Source: Anthoceros angustus
Taxonomy: Eukaryota > Plantae > Anthocerotophyta
Direction of reading: 5' to 3'
NCBI GenBank assembly: GCA_010909165.1
Contig: VJWM01000202.1
Location: 1 to 64,000, forward strand
Length of the DNA: 64,000 bases
Below are positions 13,985-25,832 of this stretch, in pieces. Each line of letters begins with the position of its first letter. Position 1 is the first letter of the stretch. Below the pieces are notes generated by a model that was given only the letters and a program-made list of their open reading frames with translations, had not been told where the DNA came from and did not search any database. The translations under genes and the position numbers were made by a program.

Positions 13985-16458
13985 TCAGAGGTCAGTTTCT
14001 GGCATAATATACATGTGACGGCCGCATCGGTCACATGGCTCTGGATTTGCATGTGATTTTGACTTGGCATGGAGTCGCAACTGGGGTAAGTCGTGCGAAA
14101 GTACATCCCGGAAAGCTTTTGCTGCATCACTAAGTTGATCCGAGCTGCAACAAAATTTGGCACTTGCTGCATCACTAAACTAGCATCTTAAAGTACAACA
14201 ACATAGCGACGGACAAAGCCCTACATGATCATCAACAATGAACATGCCAACAATGGTACCTTATTGTCAGTGGAGGTGTAAGCCTGATAACTGTCTCATG
14301 AGTTGCTTTTGTCAGAATCCCCCTGTCTTTGAGAGCCACACACAGATCATATGCTGATGCTGGGGCCAAACCTTCGGGATATATCTCTACAGCATTCATC
14401 AAGCCCCGCCCTCTTACTTCTTTAATCAATTTTGGAAAACTGTCTTTCAGTTCTTTTAGTTGCTCTCGAAAGACATCTCCCAGTTCAGAAGCCCTGTCAA
14501 AAGGACACATCATTGAGCACAAATGCCATTTTTTTGGATCCAGGCAATGCAAGCCATAAAATATACTACCTTTCGGAAAGGCTTTCGTCCCGGACGACTT
14601 GAAGTGCAGCGATCCCTACAGCACTAGCCAATGGGTTGCCACCAAAAGTACTGACCAACAAATGGTGGAAGTTAGATGTTTTGAAGCAAACCCAGAAATG
14701 AGTACTAACCAAAATTGTTTATAAATACCGATTTAGTAACCATAATTTGGATGAGGGGCGGAACAGACATTCTCAAACTATAAGAGGCATTCTCAAAAGA
14801 TAAAAGGACGTGCCAACCAACCTACCTGCCATGCTCGCCTGGACGAATGCATAACATGACATCCTTGTCGGCAAGAACAGCACTGACTGGCACCATTCCA
14901 GCACCAAGTGCTTTACCCAATATCTGAAATTACGTGCAGTCAGCACAAGATACAACAATACATAAACAAAAGACAAAACAAGTGATAGTGCCTTACCACA
15001 ACATCAGGGCGCACATTCTCCCATTCACAGGCTAGCAACTTCCCAGTTCGTCCAATGCCTGTTTGAATTTCATCTGCAACCATCAAGACATTGTGCTTTG
15101 AGCACAACTCTCTGATAGCCTTGAGGTAACCGTCTGGAGGTATAACGACCTACAACACCCAACGACCACAACGACCGTATCATATTGAGAAGTTGTTTTC
15201 AGGAGAAAGATGTTTTTAACAAGGTGCACAATCAGTAGGTTCCAATCAACGTACCCCAGCTTCTCCTTGAATGGGCTCAAACAAAAATCCAGCTATCCGA
15301 TCTCCCTTCTCTAAACTCCACACATGAAGACCAAGAATACATTAGAAGGCAGGCAGAACCAAATGCCCCCACAAAACATAGAAGACACTGATTTGAAAAT
15401 GTCAGCCACTAACTTCCAACGCAAAGTGAGAGGGAGGATGTGAGGTGTTCACCTTGCAGCACCTTAGCAAGACCTTCAACGTCACCGAAATCCACCTTGA
15501 CATGACCAGGCACCAGCGGGGTAAACCCTCTTGTAGCATCATTATCACAACTCATTGAGATAGCTTGCATAGTACGACCGTGAAAGCACCCACAACAAGA
15601 TACGATCAGCGCCTGCAGGTTCAGCCGCTTGTGAGTTTATGAACCAATCAGAAAGCATCAGAGAGAAAGGACAATACTGAAACAAGGTTCAGCAAAAAAA
15701 CCTCGTCCTTGGGAATCCCTTTCTTCTCATAACCCCACTTTCTGACCAGCTTGAGAGCAGTCTCAACCCCTTCAGCTCCAGTGTTCATCGGCAGCATCAT
15801 ATCATACCCGAACATGCTGGTCAAAAGCTTGGCAAAGACAGGCATCTTGTCATTGTGGAAAGCCCTTGAACTCAGAGTTAGACGTTGTGCTTGTTCCACA
15901 AGAGCATATGTGATCTTCTCATGGCAGTGACCCTGTAAAATGCTAATGCGTCATCAATCAGCCTCCTGCAATTCATCCCCTGAAACACACAGCCCTCACA
16001 ATTTGCAACACAAAATCCGAATCACCTTCCGTGCACAGAAAAGGAAAATTCAAAAAACCTGGTTCGTTGCCGAGTAGCCTGCCAGGAAGTCCATGTACTT
16101 GCGGCCCTCAGGATCCCACACGAAGACGCCCTTCGCCCGCGAAAACACAACCGGCAGCGGATGGTAACTGCAGGCAACAATTGCGACATCAGACAATGGG
16201 CACATCGGAAAATGGGAAGTTCATCGGCAACTCCGCAAAATTCACACCCCCGTACTTGTGGGCACCGTAATTCTGTTCCCACTGTATCAGGCCCTCTGAC
16301 GTCTCCGGAGCGGAACCGAATTCGTGTGCGTCAGTGACGGCTCCAGTGCTCTCTGCACTGAAGGGGCGTGCGCTCATGTTCAAAGAAGAAGGCACGCGGT
16401 TGCGGAGGAAAGAGATGGAGGACCGTCGCAGGAGTGAAGAGCCCGCCCGCGCAGCCAT
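13985..16458 (-). CDS. OAT: Ornithine delta-aminotransferase, mitochondrial, multi-exon
   Basis: Arg/Ser-rich presequence. [68 protein letters not shown]. Last exon ends [17 protein letters not shown]. Confidence 0.95.
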
Positions 16459-17068
16459 AATTCCACCGGTTTTCAATCCTTGAGCTCGAGCTGCAACAAT
16501 TCAGTTGCGCCGACAGTGGCAGCGACAGCAGCGACAGCAGCAGCGGCGGCGGCGGCAGTGTGTGTGCCGACAAAAATTGAATTGCGGCTACAGTATCAGC
16601 GGCAGACGGCAGCGGGAAGCGGCGCCTTGCAAGAGTGATGACAGACAATCAGGAACCTGGTATGACTGTGTCCAGCAAAGTGGAAGAGAAAGCAGGAGAT
16701 GAGAACCGTGCAAGCCACGGCGTGCTATGCGACAAACGCTCCACTCGCCGAGAATGCTTCTGTTACGGCGGTGTTGGGTGTTATTTTTAGGACTTCCGTG
16801 TGTCCTGGCTCACACCGTCTTCGACTCCACTAAAAAGGAGGCTCAAACAAAGGGACAAACTTGCAAAAGGATAGCGTGACTTCAGCAAACAAAGATACCG
16901 GATTATAGTTACGAGCTCATACATACTGTATACGTATAGAGCTCAGCTCTTAAAACAGCAAAAACTATCTCGAGAGTCTTTAGCTTACAATAAAGCATAC
17001 TATTTTAAAAAACTGAAAACATTCTAATTTTTAATTATTTTATGACAATAATTTATATATCAATTAAC

Positions 17069-17644
17069 TTACTGATAAACAGGATTTGGAGCATAATGGA
17101 AAGTACATCCAATTACGGCAATTGCAGTTTCCGACGGCCTAACGCAATCACCTCGAGTTGGAGACTCGATGTAATTTCTTATAAGACTTGCAAGACATTG
17201 TTGGCAGGCATTGCTATCCATCATATCAGGTTCCCTATAGTTACATGTAGCCGCATAGTGTAGGCTAACATCATAATTCGGACTGGCATTGGGACCTGCA
17301 ACTGCACCAAGTCCCGATGCTGCCCAATTTTTCGAGAATGTTTGAGGGTAAGTTTCGATAGCTTTACTTGTCAGAGATCGAATGGTTTGTTCCCACGATG
17401 GCGTGAGTTGTGGACCAAAACATAGTTGTATGACAAATGTACCAATAGGTGGTGTACCTTGTTGTGGTGTGCCTCCGTATGGTGGTCTATCATACGGTGG
17501 TCTGTCGTATGGTGGCCTATCGTATGGTGGTCGATCATAAGGCTGATTTCCGTATGGAGGTCGATCATATTGAGCTTGTATAGGACCCGTGAACCAATAA
17601 GCTGATTGTAGCATCATAATACAGATATACATTGGCCAAGTCAT
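17069..17644 (-). CDS. Secreted single-DUF26 (Gnk2/stress-antifungal-like) protein with N-terminal YDRPP repeats, intronless
   Basis: Hydrophobic N-terminus, 5-6 YDRPP units, then a Gnk2-like Cys pattern FVIQLC...YAATC-x12-CQQCLASL...DC...GCTFHY. Confidence 0.7.
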   Translation of the reverse strand: MTWPMYICIMMLQSAYWFTGPIQAQYDRPPYGNQPYDRPPYDRPPYDRPPYDRPPYGGTPQQGTPPIGTFVIQLCFGPQLTPSWEQTIRSLTSKAIETYPQTFSKNWAASGLGAVAGPNASPNYDVSLHYAATCNYREPDMMDSNACQQCLASLIRNYIESPTRGDCVRPSETAIAVIGCTFHYAPNPVYQ

Positions 17645-18199
17645 GGTTGCAGTGTAGAAAATCTAGATGATGAAATGACTATAAGCAAATGAGGGAAGAT
17701 GGAAAAGGAATGAATGATCTTCTCTTTTATAGGGGTGTTTAACATTTTGTATTTCGTACAAGATACTACATATGAAAGGAATATATATATATTTTTTGTA
17801 TAAGATGCTATGTGTGAAAGAATGTAGAATAAAAATCAATGAATGAAAGACCTACGGAGACTAGAAAGATGCCAATATTAGTTGACCCATTTTTTAAGTC
17901 ATTGAAGATATATATATTTTTAATCAAAATTTTAAACTTTCTTATTGAACCTTATTTGATGTAGGCCGCTTGATCTTGAATCAACTTTAAGTTTTGATAT
18001 AATAAAAAATCTATCTCTATAAATATATGGAAATATATACAATCTAACTAGGATGCTAATTAACAAGTAGCGGGTTTTCATAGCTCTGCTTTAGAAAGCA
18101 CTGGCTAACGCTCTTTATAAGACGCTTGAGCACCGGTGGCAGGTAGGCCCTTCATCATCCCTTATCATGATATCATTGGTGTAGTAGGTAGTTACGGGA

Positions 18200-18600
18200 A
18201 AAGCATTCGAGGGGACTAGGACTTCCCCTTTTACCATTAGAGGGGACTAGGACTTCCCATTTTACCATTAGCCCTCTTTAGGTTGTTCTTCCTCGCACTG
18301 CAGGGGTAGATTGAGATTTTCCATCTCTTCTATTAATAAAGTCTACTCCATTAGCCCTTTTGGGTTGTTCGTCCTCGGACTCCAGAGGTAGATGAAATTT
18401 TCCATCTCGTCTATTAATAAAGTCTACTCCATACTGAATTAACAACTCAGTATTCATAAAGTCTACTCTATACCGAATTAACAACTCGGTCCCTTTCGGT
18501 GCCTTTCCTCAAACTACTTCATACTGGATTAACTCGGTCCCTTTCTTCAAACTACTTCATACTGGATTAACAACCCTGTCCCTTTCCTCAAACGTGTCTT
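18200..18600. repeat. Cluster of short degenerate direct repeats
   Basis: AGGGGACTAGGACTTCCC x2, TTTCCATCTC..ATTAATAAAGTCTACTCCA x2-3, CAAACTACTTCATACTGGATTAAC x2. Confidence 0.6.
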
Positions 18601-18825
18601 GACACCAAGAGGCGGTCTTGGACAAAGAAGAGGCAGTAATAACGGGTCAAAATGTTAGCGGGTCAGAATGTTTCTCTGTAAGGTCTCTCGAGTTATTCAA
18701 AGAATCGCAAGAAGGATGAGAAAAATTGTGATTATTTCCACAAAATTACCAATGCAAGGAGTGTGTAAACTCATCTACCTTGTTCAATATCCATGTACTC
18801 TTAAAACAGATCGTGCAACAAAAAA

Positions 18826-21800
18826 CTAAAATTTGCGAAAGTAATCCCTAGCCTCATAATATCTGTCGAGTTTAACGTTGCAAACTGGATGAATGGAGTC
18901 CAGTAAATTTTTGTAGGGCCCGAGCACTGAACGAGGTGGAGGAAGAGCGCTAAGCCTGCGTGAACCGCCATATTGGGCCACGGAAAGACCACTCAAGCAG
19001 TAGCAGGTGTGGTAGAAATCGCGTGATTTCCCTGGCTTATCCCTTAACCCTCCCTCCAAAACCTGGGCAAATCTCACGTTAGAAGGTTGCTCTCTTTTCT
19101 GTCAAAGAGAGCAAATCTTATCAATCTGGATTTGAACGGCATAGAGTATCCGAACCTGAGCGCAGAGAAGGACGTATCCCTGAAGAGCTCGAGTGTTGTA
19201 CAAGGGACCGTACCGCAATTCTTCGTTCAGACATGGTGAAGAGGAAGAGGCTTCACCCATCCTGTCATCGGTGGAGCTCTGGTGAATTTCCTGCTGATCA
19301 TGGCTGAAATCGACTTCCTCACACCGAGCAAATGAAGCTGGTCTTTCAATGGTTGTGTCCAGTACGGGAAAGAGCCCTTCAGCAGTGACTTCCGCCTGAT
19401 TCGTCACAACGTCATTCAAATCTTGACAAGCTGCCCAGAATGCACGCCTCTGTTGTTCATCACGAACGTGCGTCTCGGCAGCTGTGGAAACCTGAGCCTC
19501 TTCAGGCTTCTCAACTTCACCGACACTTTCCAAGCTCTCTATGGGCCCCTTGTATAGGCTACATTGCTGATTGATGAGTTGCGGCATCAACTGCTGAAGA
19601 AGAGAAAAAATCCCTCCCTGAAACAGGATGGGAATTAAGTTTGCACATAGCGAAGATGACATCCATAAGTTCAAAAGACTCACGCTAACCTGCCAGAATG
19701 AGTAGCAGCCATCAACAAGTTTGTTTGTGCGGCCTTGAAAGCCTCCTTCCACCTTTGCTTGGCGGAAAACCACCCAATGCTGTCACCCAGGAAGAAAGCA
19801 TGTAAGAGGAAGTACTTACAAACTTAAGGACAAATCCCTTCCTAGACAAGAGAAGCTGATGGGAAATCCTCTTGAGAAGAAAACAACAAAGGGGGATCTT
19901 ACAAGCAGACTTGGGAGGTCAAGTACTTCCACTCGATTTGCTAAGATAAGAGCAGCTAGTCCACAAAACGTATACCTGTCATCACCAGTCGTGAGCAGTC
20001 AAGCTTTCTGTTTCAACCATTGAGCTAATAGGCAGGCAAGTATCGGGGAGAAAATCAATAGGAAAAGGCATACCCTCCATGCGCTTCCGCACCAGGTTCA
20101 CCCCCAATGCCACCTTCATAAGTTTGGCAGCTGCACAGCATGAGCGCAATCAGTAGAATGCCTCTCAAGCCATGCATGTTGATAAACAGATACTAAACCT
20201 TTAGTACTTCCTCCTGAGGCATAAGCAACGCCCCTTGAAAGATGGCCAGCCTCAGTAGGCAGGCTTGAATACGCGAAGAGAAAAAAACAAAAAGGCAGTG
20301 GACTTAAAAGTATTGTTGGCACAGCTAACCTGGCAATATACTCTCCGACATTTTCCAGAAGCTCAGGAACCATGAGATCCAGCAAATGGGCGACCTAATT
20401 TTGCCGCCACAAACCACATTGATAGATGTGCCAACACAGTGACAAGGTAAGGCCGAGACATGCTAATACTGCACCTTGAATCTGTCGAAACGAACTGTCA
20501 ACAAAAACGGACAGAACACACACCGCCAGAGCAGTGTAGCAGCCGCGAACATCAGTCTCCCCTTGTTCATGCATCCTACACATCGAGATAAGATGCAGCT
20601 GTTACCAAGATGAGATGTATGAACAATGCGCAGCAAACAAATCTGTTTCGTTCAGGATATTTAATAATTGAGAAGAAAGCAACTGGTTATGCTTACAAAA
20701 ACCCTCCGGACGGATCCTTCATTCGAAGCAGAAATTGTAGCAACTTTTCCCTGTACATCTGTCATGATTTATTTCTTCCTGATAGCAAACCGTTTGGACT
20801 AATAAAATGTGTGAAACAGGATAGCGCAGAATTCCACCCCAGAGCGATGGGCAGCCAATCAGCTCCAAACTTATTGATGATAGGGATGGAAGTCAACCGA
20901 AGGAGGAGACATATCCTAGGTGCAGATGTTACCTCTGTATCGATGCTAGTGCTGTTTCCCCTCCTAGAGTGATGAGAGCCAGAACAGCAGCATACGTTGT
21001 CGCCAGATGGGGTATCTACAAGGATGCAAAGCGTAACCAAATTATGTTTCTCTGGCAGTTAAGGTTTTCCGGCTGAATGGTCCCACCTTTCACTCAGATT
21101 TGCTCCAGTGGCGGCAAAATACCTGGCCAGGTCCTCCACCATAGCCACCTGTAGGGTGCTGTAGGACAATGTCACAAAGTTAATCAACGCCTGCATAGAC
21201 AATCACGAAATCTGGAGAAACATAACCACAACCTTATAGAAACACAACATAATTCGTCAGAGAGCTCCTTGTGCTGATATCACCCCAGAATCGAGGATAA
21301 CTCCCCTAGCCCAGAACTCACAGCAGAAGAAGGGGAGACGAAGCTCGACAAGAAAGACACCTGACAACGTTGCAGAAAGTCGATTGTACGCTCAGAAAAC
21401 TGCAAATCTAGTGGTTCTCCGATCAGTGCCAGCGCGTGCAGAATCCAGTAACAAAGCCATGGTCGGCTACAGAGACAATTTCCAGCGTGTCAATAGCTTG
21501 AAACGAAGGGCAGAAAGTGTGCAATGCAGGATCTTTTCCCAAAACCTCCATCACCTGGCATCCAGAACATGAAACGGCGCGGGCAAGCTGTCCAATCCTC
21601 GCTCCAGGTATGTCACATGCTCCTCTTTCCACAATTCCAACCTGCAGACATGCAGGCACCCGACCTTGTCACATGAACAGCCCCAGAACTCCCCAAAAAA
21701 AAACCATCCATCCTTCAACGTTCTTGCCCTCCGTCCGACAGTCCACAGCAATTGCCCAATTGTACTCAGTACTCGGTGACGAGAATTGAGGCACCAGGAA

Positions 21801-21942
21801 CTTACAGCACAGAGTCTTGCTGAACCGCTATAGAAGCATGGGCATAAAGCAATTGCCGCACACGCTCCTCCAGCAGCTCTTGCTCGAGCTGGGTGGGAGT
21901 CCTGGTTCTTGACGCGGAGCCCGACGCAGGCGACGCCGCCAT
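18826..21942 (-). CDS. ERA1: Protein farnesyltransferase beta subunit, multi-exon
   Basis: TPTQLEQ.., RPWLCYWILH, GGYGGGPGQ, HLATTYAAV, GETDVRGCYTA, GFQGRTNKLVDGCYSFWQ, GLRDKPGKSRDFYHTCYCLSG. Confidence 0.95.
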
Positions 21943-22117
21943 GGCTCACGGGTAGCGCGAGCAGGAACAGGGAAGCGGCTAAAGCTCTAAATCAGAGCCC
22001 CTGTCCTTACCCGGGGTCTCAACGGCCGGCTACTACCAAGCCAGGTTTAGGTGTTTGTTGGCTCCGAGCTTGAAGAGTGAAGAGCGTGCCAAAATTTCGA
22101 ATTACGGGAATGAGCAA

Positions 22118-22853
22118 ATGGCGACCGAGGAAGACAGCGCTGTGAAGGAGCCTCTGGACCTCATCAGGCTCAGCCTGGACGAGCGGATTTATGTGAAGCT
22201 GCGCTCGGATCGCGAGCTCCGCGGCAAGCTCCATGTATGTCTTTTTGTCTGGATGGGTTGCGGGTTTGCCCTCGGTGTCTGACCTTGGCTGCAGGAGAGT
22301 TGGGGTTGCCCGTTCCCGGTATGATGATAGGGATAGGGATAGGAGCACCTAGCGAGCTAGCTAGCTCGATGTGGTTCAGATTCCAGGAGCGGTGTGCGTG
22401 GGTTGGGATGACACAGGAATAAAATCCACATACTTGGTGGACTGTGTGTGGTTTTTGTTCTGCCTGCTCAGGTCCAGTCGTGGGAGTGAGTGTCTCGTGG
22501 ATGTCGTCTGTCACCCAGAACGTTTTAGGGCGTTGTGACTGCTGGAACTGATGCGTTTGCACGGGGCTCTTGGTGCCGCAGGCATATGACCAACACTTGA
22601 ACATGATTCTTGGGGATGTGGAGGAGATCGTGACCTCTGTGGAGATCGACGACGAGACGTATGAGGAGATTGTGAAGGTAAGGACGTGCATCGGAGTGTG
22701 CACTGGTTGCTCCCCTGCAACAGCGAGGGAGGTGCTTGTATGTAACAGACTTGTGTGGCATGTTGACAGAGCTCCAAAAGGCACGTTCCTTATCTGTTCG
22801 TGCGCGGAGACGGAGTTATTCTGGTTTCACCTCCACTGAGGACAGCCGGCTGA
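22118..22853 (+). CDS. LSM3: Sm-like protein LSm3, 3 exons
   Basis: [31 protein letters not shown] / [15 protein letters not shown] / [17 protein letters not shown]. Confidence 0.96.
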
Positions 22854-24102
22854 GAATAGCATGTCTATATTTATAGCTGAACTGGATGCATGATACGGTA
22901 CCGGGTGTCCATGAAGCTTGTGCAGTCCTGTGTGCCTCTGTTCATGTCGAGGAATGTGAAAGAGGTGGGAGAGGCATTTGAGGCAGGCAAGGGACAAGCT
23001 TGCGAGGTGCAGGAGCGCGTGGGCCTCTCCCCTGGACGGTTTGAGTGTGACTTAGTTTTCATGTGGTGACACGGAAATACGTGTGTTATTGTATTCCACT
23101 CCACTGATGTTGGGTTATCTGCATGTTCCAAACTTTCGATGAGGCATTGACGACGGTTCCCATGTCTCAATCTGTGAGTGATTCAAGGATCCTAGTGTGC
23201 TCGTGTCCAGGTTTCCTGCCATTGACCGCCTCCTCAGGATGCACTATTCTACAGTGGGAGGACGGGGGTCAATGGGTTCGTTGGTCTGTCTGTTGTGTGC
23301 CACTTCTTTCCAGGGAGAAGCCTTGCGCCTGGGCCGAGATGGTGTGGGGCAACAACTCCTTGGAAGGGCCCTGCTTGGAGACACGGTCTCACCTAATGAG
23401 CAGCACGCCTGAAGTGTGGTCGCCGGGATGATAACGAGATGTGCAACATGCCGTAGCAGCAGGACGACAGCAAGTGCCGATCTTGCAAAACCCACAACTT
23501 ATTGCGTCTGCCGCACAGACTTGTTGATACATAAACTACATCTATTGGTAAGCGAAACGGCTGCCGCCTGCCGCCTCGTATGTGCCCTACCTACAGGGAG
23601 CGTTTGCACTGTACACGATTGGCGTGAGGTCGGGGTTCCATCCAGGCCACGGCCACCTAAGATCCAGGATGAGTGAGAAGATAATTCGAAGAGAGGGTCG
23701 TTGGCAGCGATGAGTGCGTCCCGGACGCCCGCCAGTGAGATCGCAGCTGCGTGCCTAATAAGCTGGTAATCCGGTCCGATAGCTGGAGGTGAGTTCCATG
23801 TGAATCGGGAGCAGTGGGTCCGACTCCGCTGCGTGCGCCACGAAAAGGGCTACGCCTTCCGTATCTCCACCCAGAGATTCCATGCTTGCTTGCAACTTCA
23901 TCACAAAAGGAGGGAGCCATTGAGACGCAGGCTGACTGATTCACAGACGGATTGAAAGAGCTGCACGTGAGAAGAGCGGCCAGTCCAGGCCGATGAAACG
24001 AGGTGGTAATTCCTGCGTATGGATGTACGGGGGCGGGGGGGCCAGCGGGTCTCACCGTTTCACCGGGGACACCGCGTTGACTGGCGGGCTGTAGCCGGTG
24101 GG

Positions 24103-24850
24103 CCGGAACCGGCACCGGCACCGGAACCGGCACCGGCACCGGCACCGGGTGCGGTATCTCATGTCACGGGGTCAACTGCTGGCGATTCGCTGGAGATCGG
24201 ATTGCGGCTAGTATCCGGCATAATGCCGCCGGAATATGCCGATACCCGGCCCAGATGGAACCGCCTCGGACAGCGCCTGCCCGGCTTCCAGCCTCTATCC
24301 AGTTGCCACCTCCGGTTGCCGGGGGCAGGAAGCAGGAACAGGTGGGCGACCACTTGGAGGCACTATGTATAGCATGTGCAAGGCAGGCGACAGGCCTAGC
24401 CGGGCCCAAGATTTTGTTCTTTCAGATACCCGCAGGCCAGCCCAAGCTGTCAGGTCACATTTGTATATATAGACTAGGCTAAAACTTTGTATGTATACAT
24501 CTGTATGTATGTCCCTGCCGGAAAGGAGAAAAGACTGCGGTCGGGGGCGGGGCGGTCGGCTACGGCTACTTTTGTGGATGGGGCATCCCTTTACATATTC
24601 GCCAGAATATGCCGACAGGTGTCGGCGTGGTGCAACCGGCTTGTCTGCAACGTTACCCATCCCCCCTCCCCCAGCTCCCGCCGCGTGTGGCCAGGCGTGT
24701 GTTGGGTATCGGGGATGGTTCCGTTTTCTGTCACCTGAATATTCCTTCCTTCTCGTTCCAGGCTCCAGCTCCAGCTCCAGCGCCAGCTCCAGAGCCAGCT
24801 CCAGAGCCAGCTCCAGGGCCAGCTCCAGGGCCAGCTCCAGAGCCAGCTCC
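24103..24850. repeat. GC-rich segment bounded by hexamer tracts, (CCGGCA)n and (CCAGCT/CCAGAG)n; possibly TE/LTR-derived
   Basis: Hexamer arrays at 24103-24148 and 24762-24850. TGTCACGG at 24162 and CCATGACG at ~24850 resemble LTR termini, but no TSD was found. Confidence 0.45.
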
Positions 24851-25235
24851 ATGACGAATATTTATTGCAATCTAGGTGGGTGATAGTCAATAATCAGTTG
24901 TGGTAGGTAATGTAGGAGCTTCCAGTGTGAGAATGGATCGAGAAAAAAAGAAGGCTCGGTGAAAAGGATCGCTATGCTATATACGTATGTGTGTTACCTA
25001 GCAGAACCAGGTACCAAGTTGGTTGGAGATATTGCAGCCAGTTGCGCAAAACCCCCCTTTCGCTTTCGGCTGCCTCCGATAGTTGCCCCTTCGGGGTGCG
25101 AGTGTGAAAATCTGCTTTTATTTTTCGTGAGGAGGCCTCTGGCGAACAAAATCTTCATTTTTTGGACGAGGGGGGAAAGGGAAGAGGAGGCTGACTTGGC
25201 ACGCCTGGATCGCCTTCGACTACAGGAGGATATAC
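24232..25235 (+). promoter_or_regulatory. Four P1BS (GNATATNC, PHR-binding) motifs upstream of PHT1
   Basis: GAATATGC 24232-24239, GAATATGC 24605-24612, GAATATTC 24737-24744, GGATATAC 25228-25235. Confidence 0.55.
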
Positions 25236-25832
25236 CGGCTGGGAAGCCGGGGGACCGCCGGTCCGCGTCCGCCAGTCCGCCACTGCCGAGAAAGTTGCTA
25301 CCGCCGGGAAAGGCTGCATGCATGAGAGTATATGAAGGCCGGAGGCAGGCGAGCTCATTCCCACAAGTCCTTGTGAGGTGAGTGTCACTGCGAGTCGGGA
25401 GCTTGGCTCGGCCTCCTCGGGATCTGCTCGCTCCACCCCTGACATATATGAGGTAGACTTGCCTGGCCATCGGAAGTAGCACCGCCTCGGACTCCTGCGC
25501 CTGCTTCGGTCTTCTCTTGCCTGCTGTTGGTTCTTGGGAATTTCTGGAGCATTTGAGTACGCTCGTGCGCACGTTTTGTTGCTCCCTGCCTGCTTTGGTT
25601 TTTGTAGTTTTGTTTTGCTGTGCTCTGCTGTGCTTTGCCGGGAGAATTGCTGCCGTGGAGGGTGGAAGGAAGGGCGGAGGAGCTCCTCGAGTGAGTGGGA
25701 AGTGAATAGGTCTTGCGTTGTGTTGCGGCTTGGCAGGTGGAATGAGCGGCAGGTGGGAAGCCTAGGCTGTGCGTCAGCTTGATTTGGAGAGGAGGAAGAG
25801 GTGGGAGGGAAGAGACGAGAGAGGGGGACAAG

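Noticed and set aside
18176-18230. tRNA A-box-like sequence TGGTGTAGTAGGT
   Set aside because: No cloverleaf and no proper B box.
23657-24890. ORFs with (PV)n, (LELA)n, (SWLW)n and (PAPE)n
   Set aside because: Translations of hexamer microsatellites with no other coding signal.
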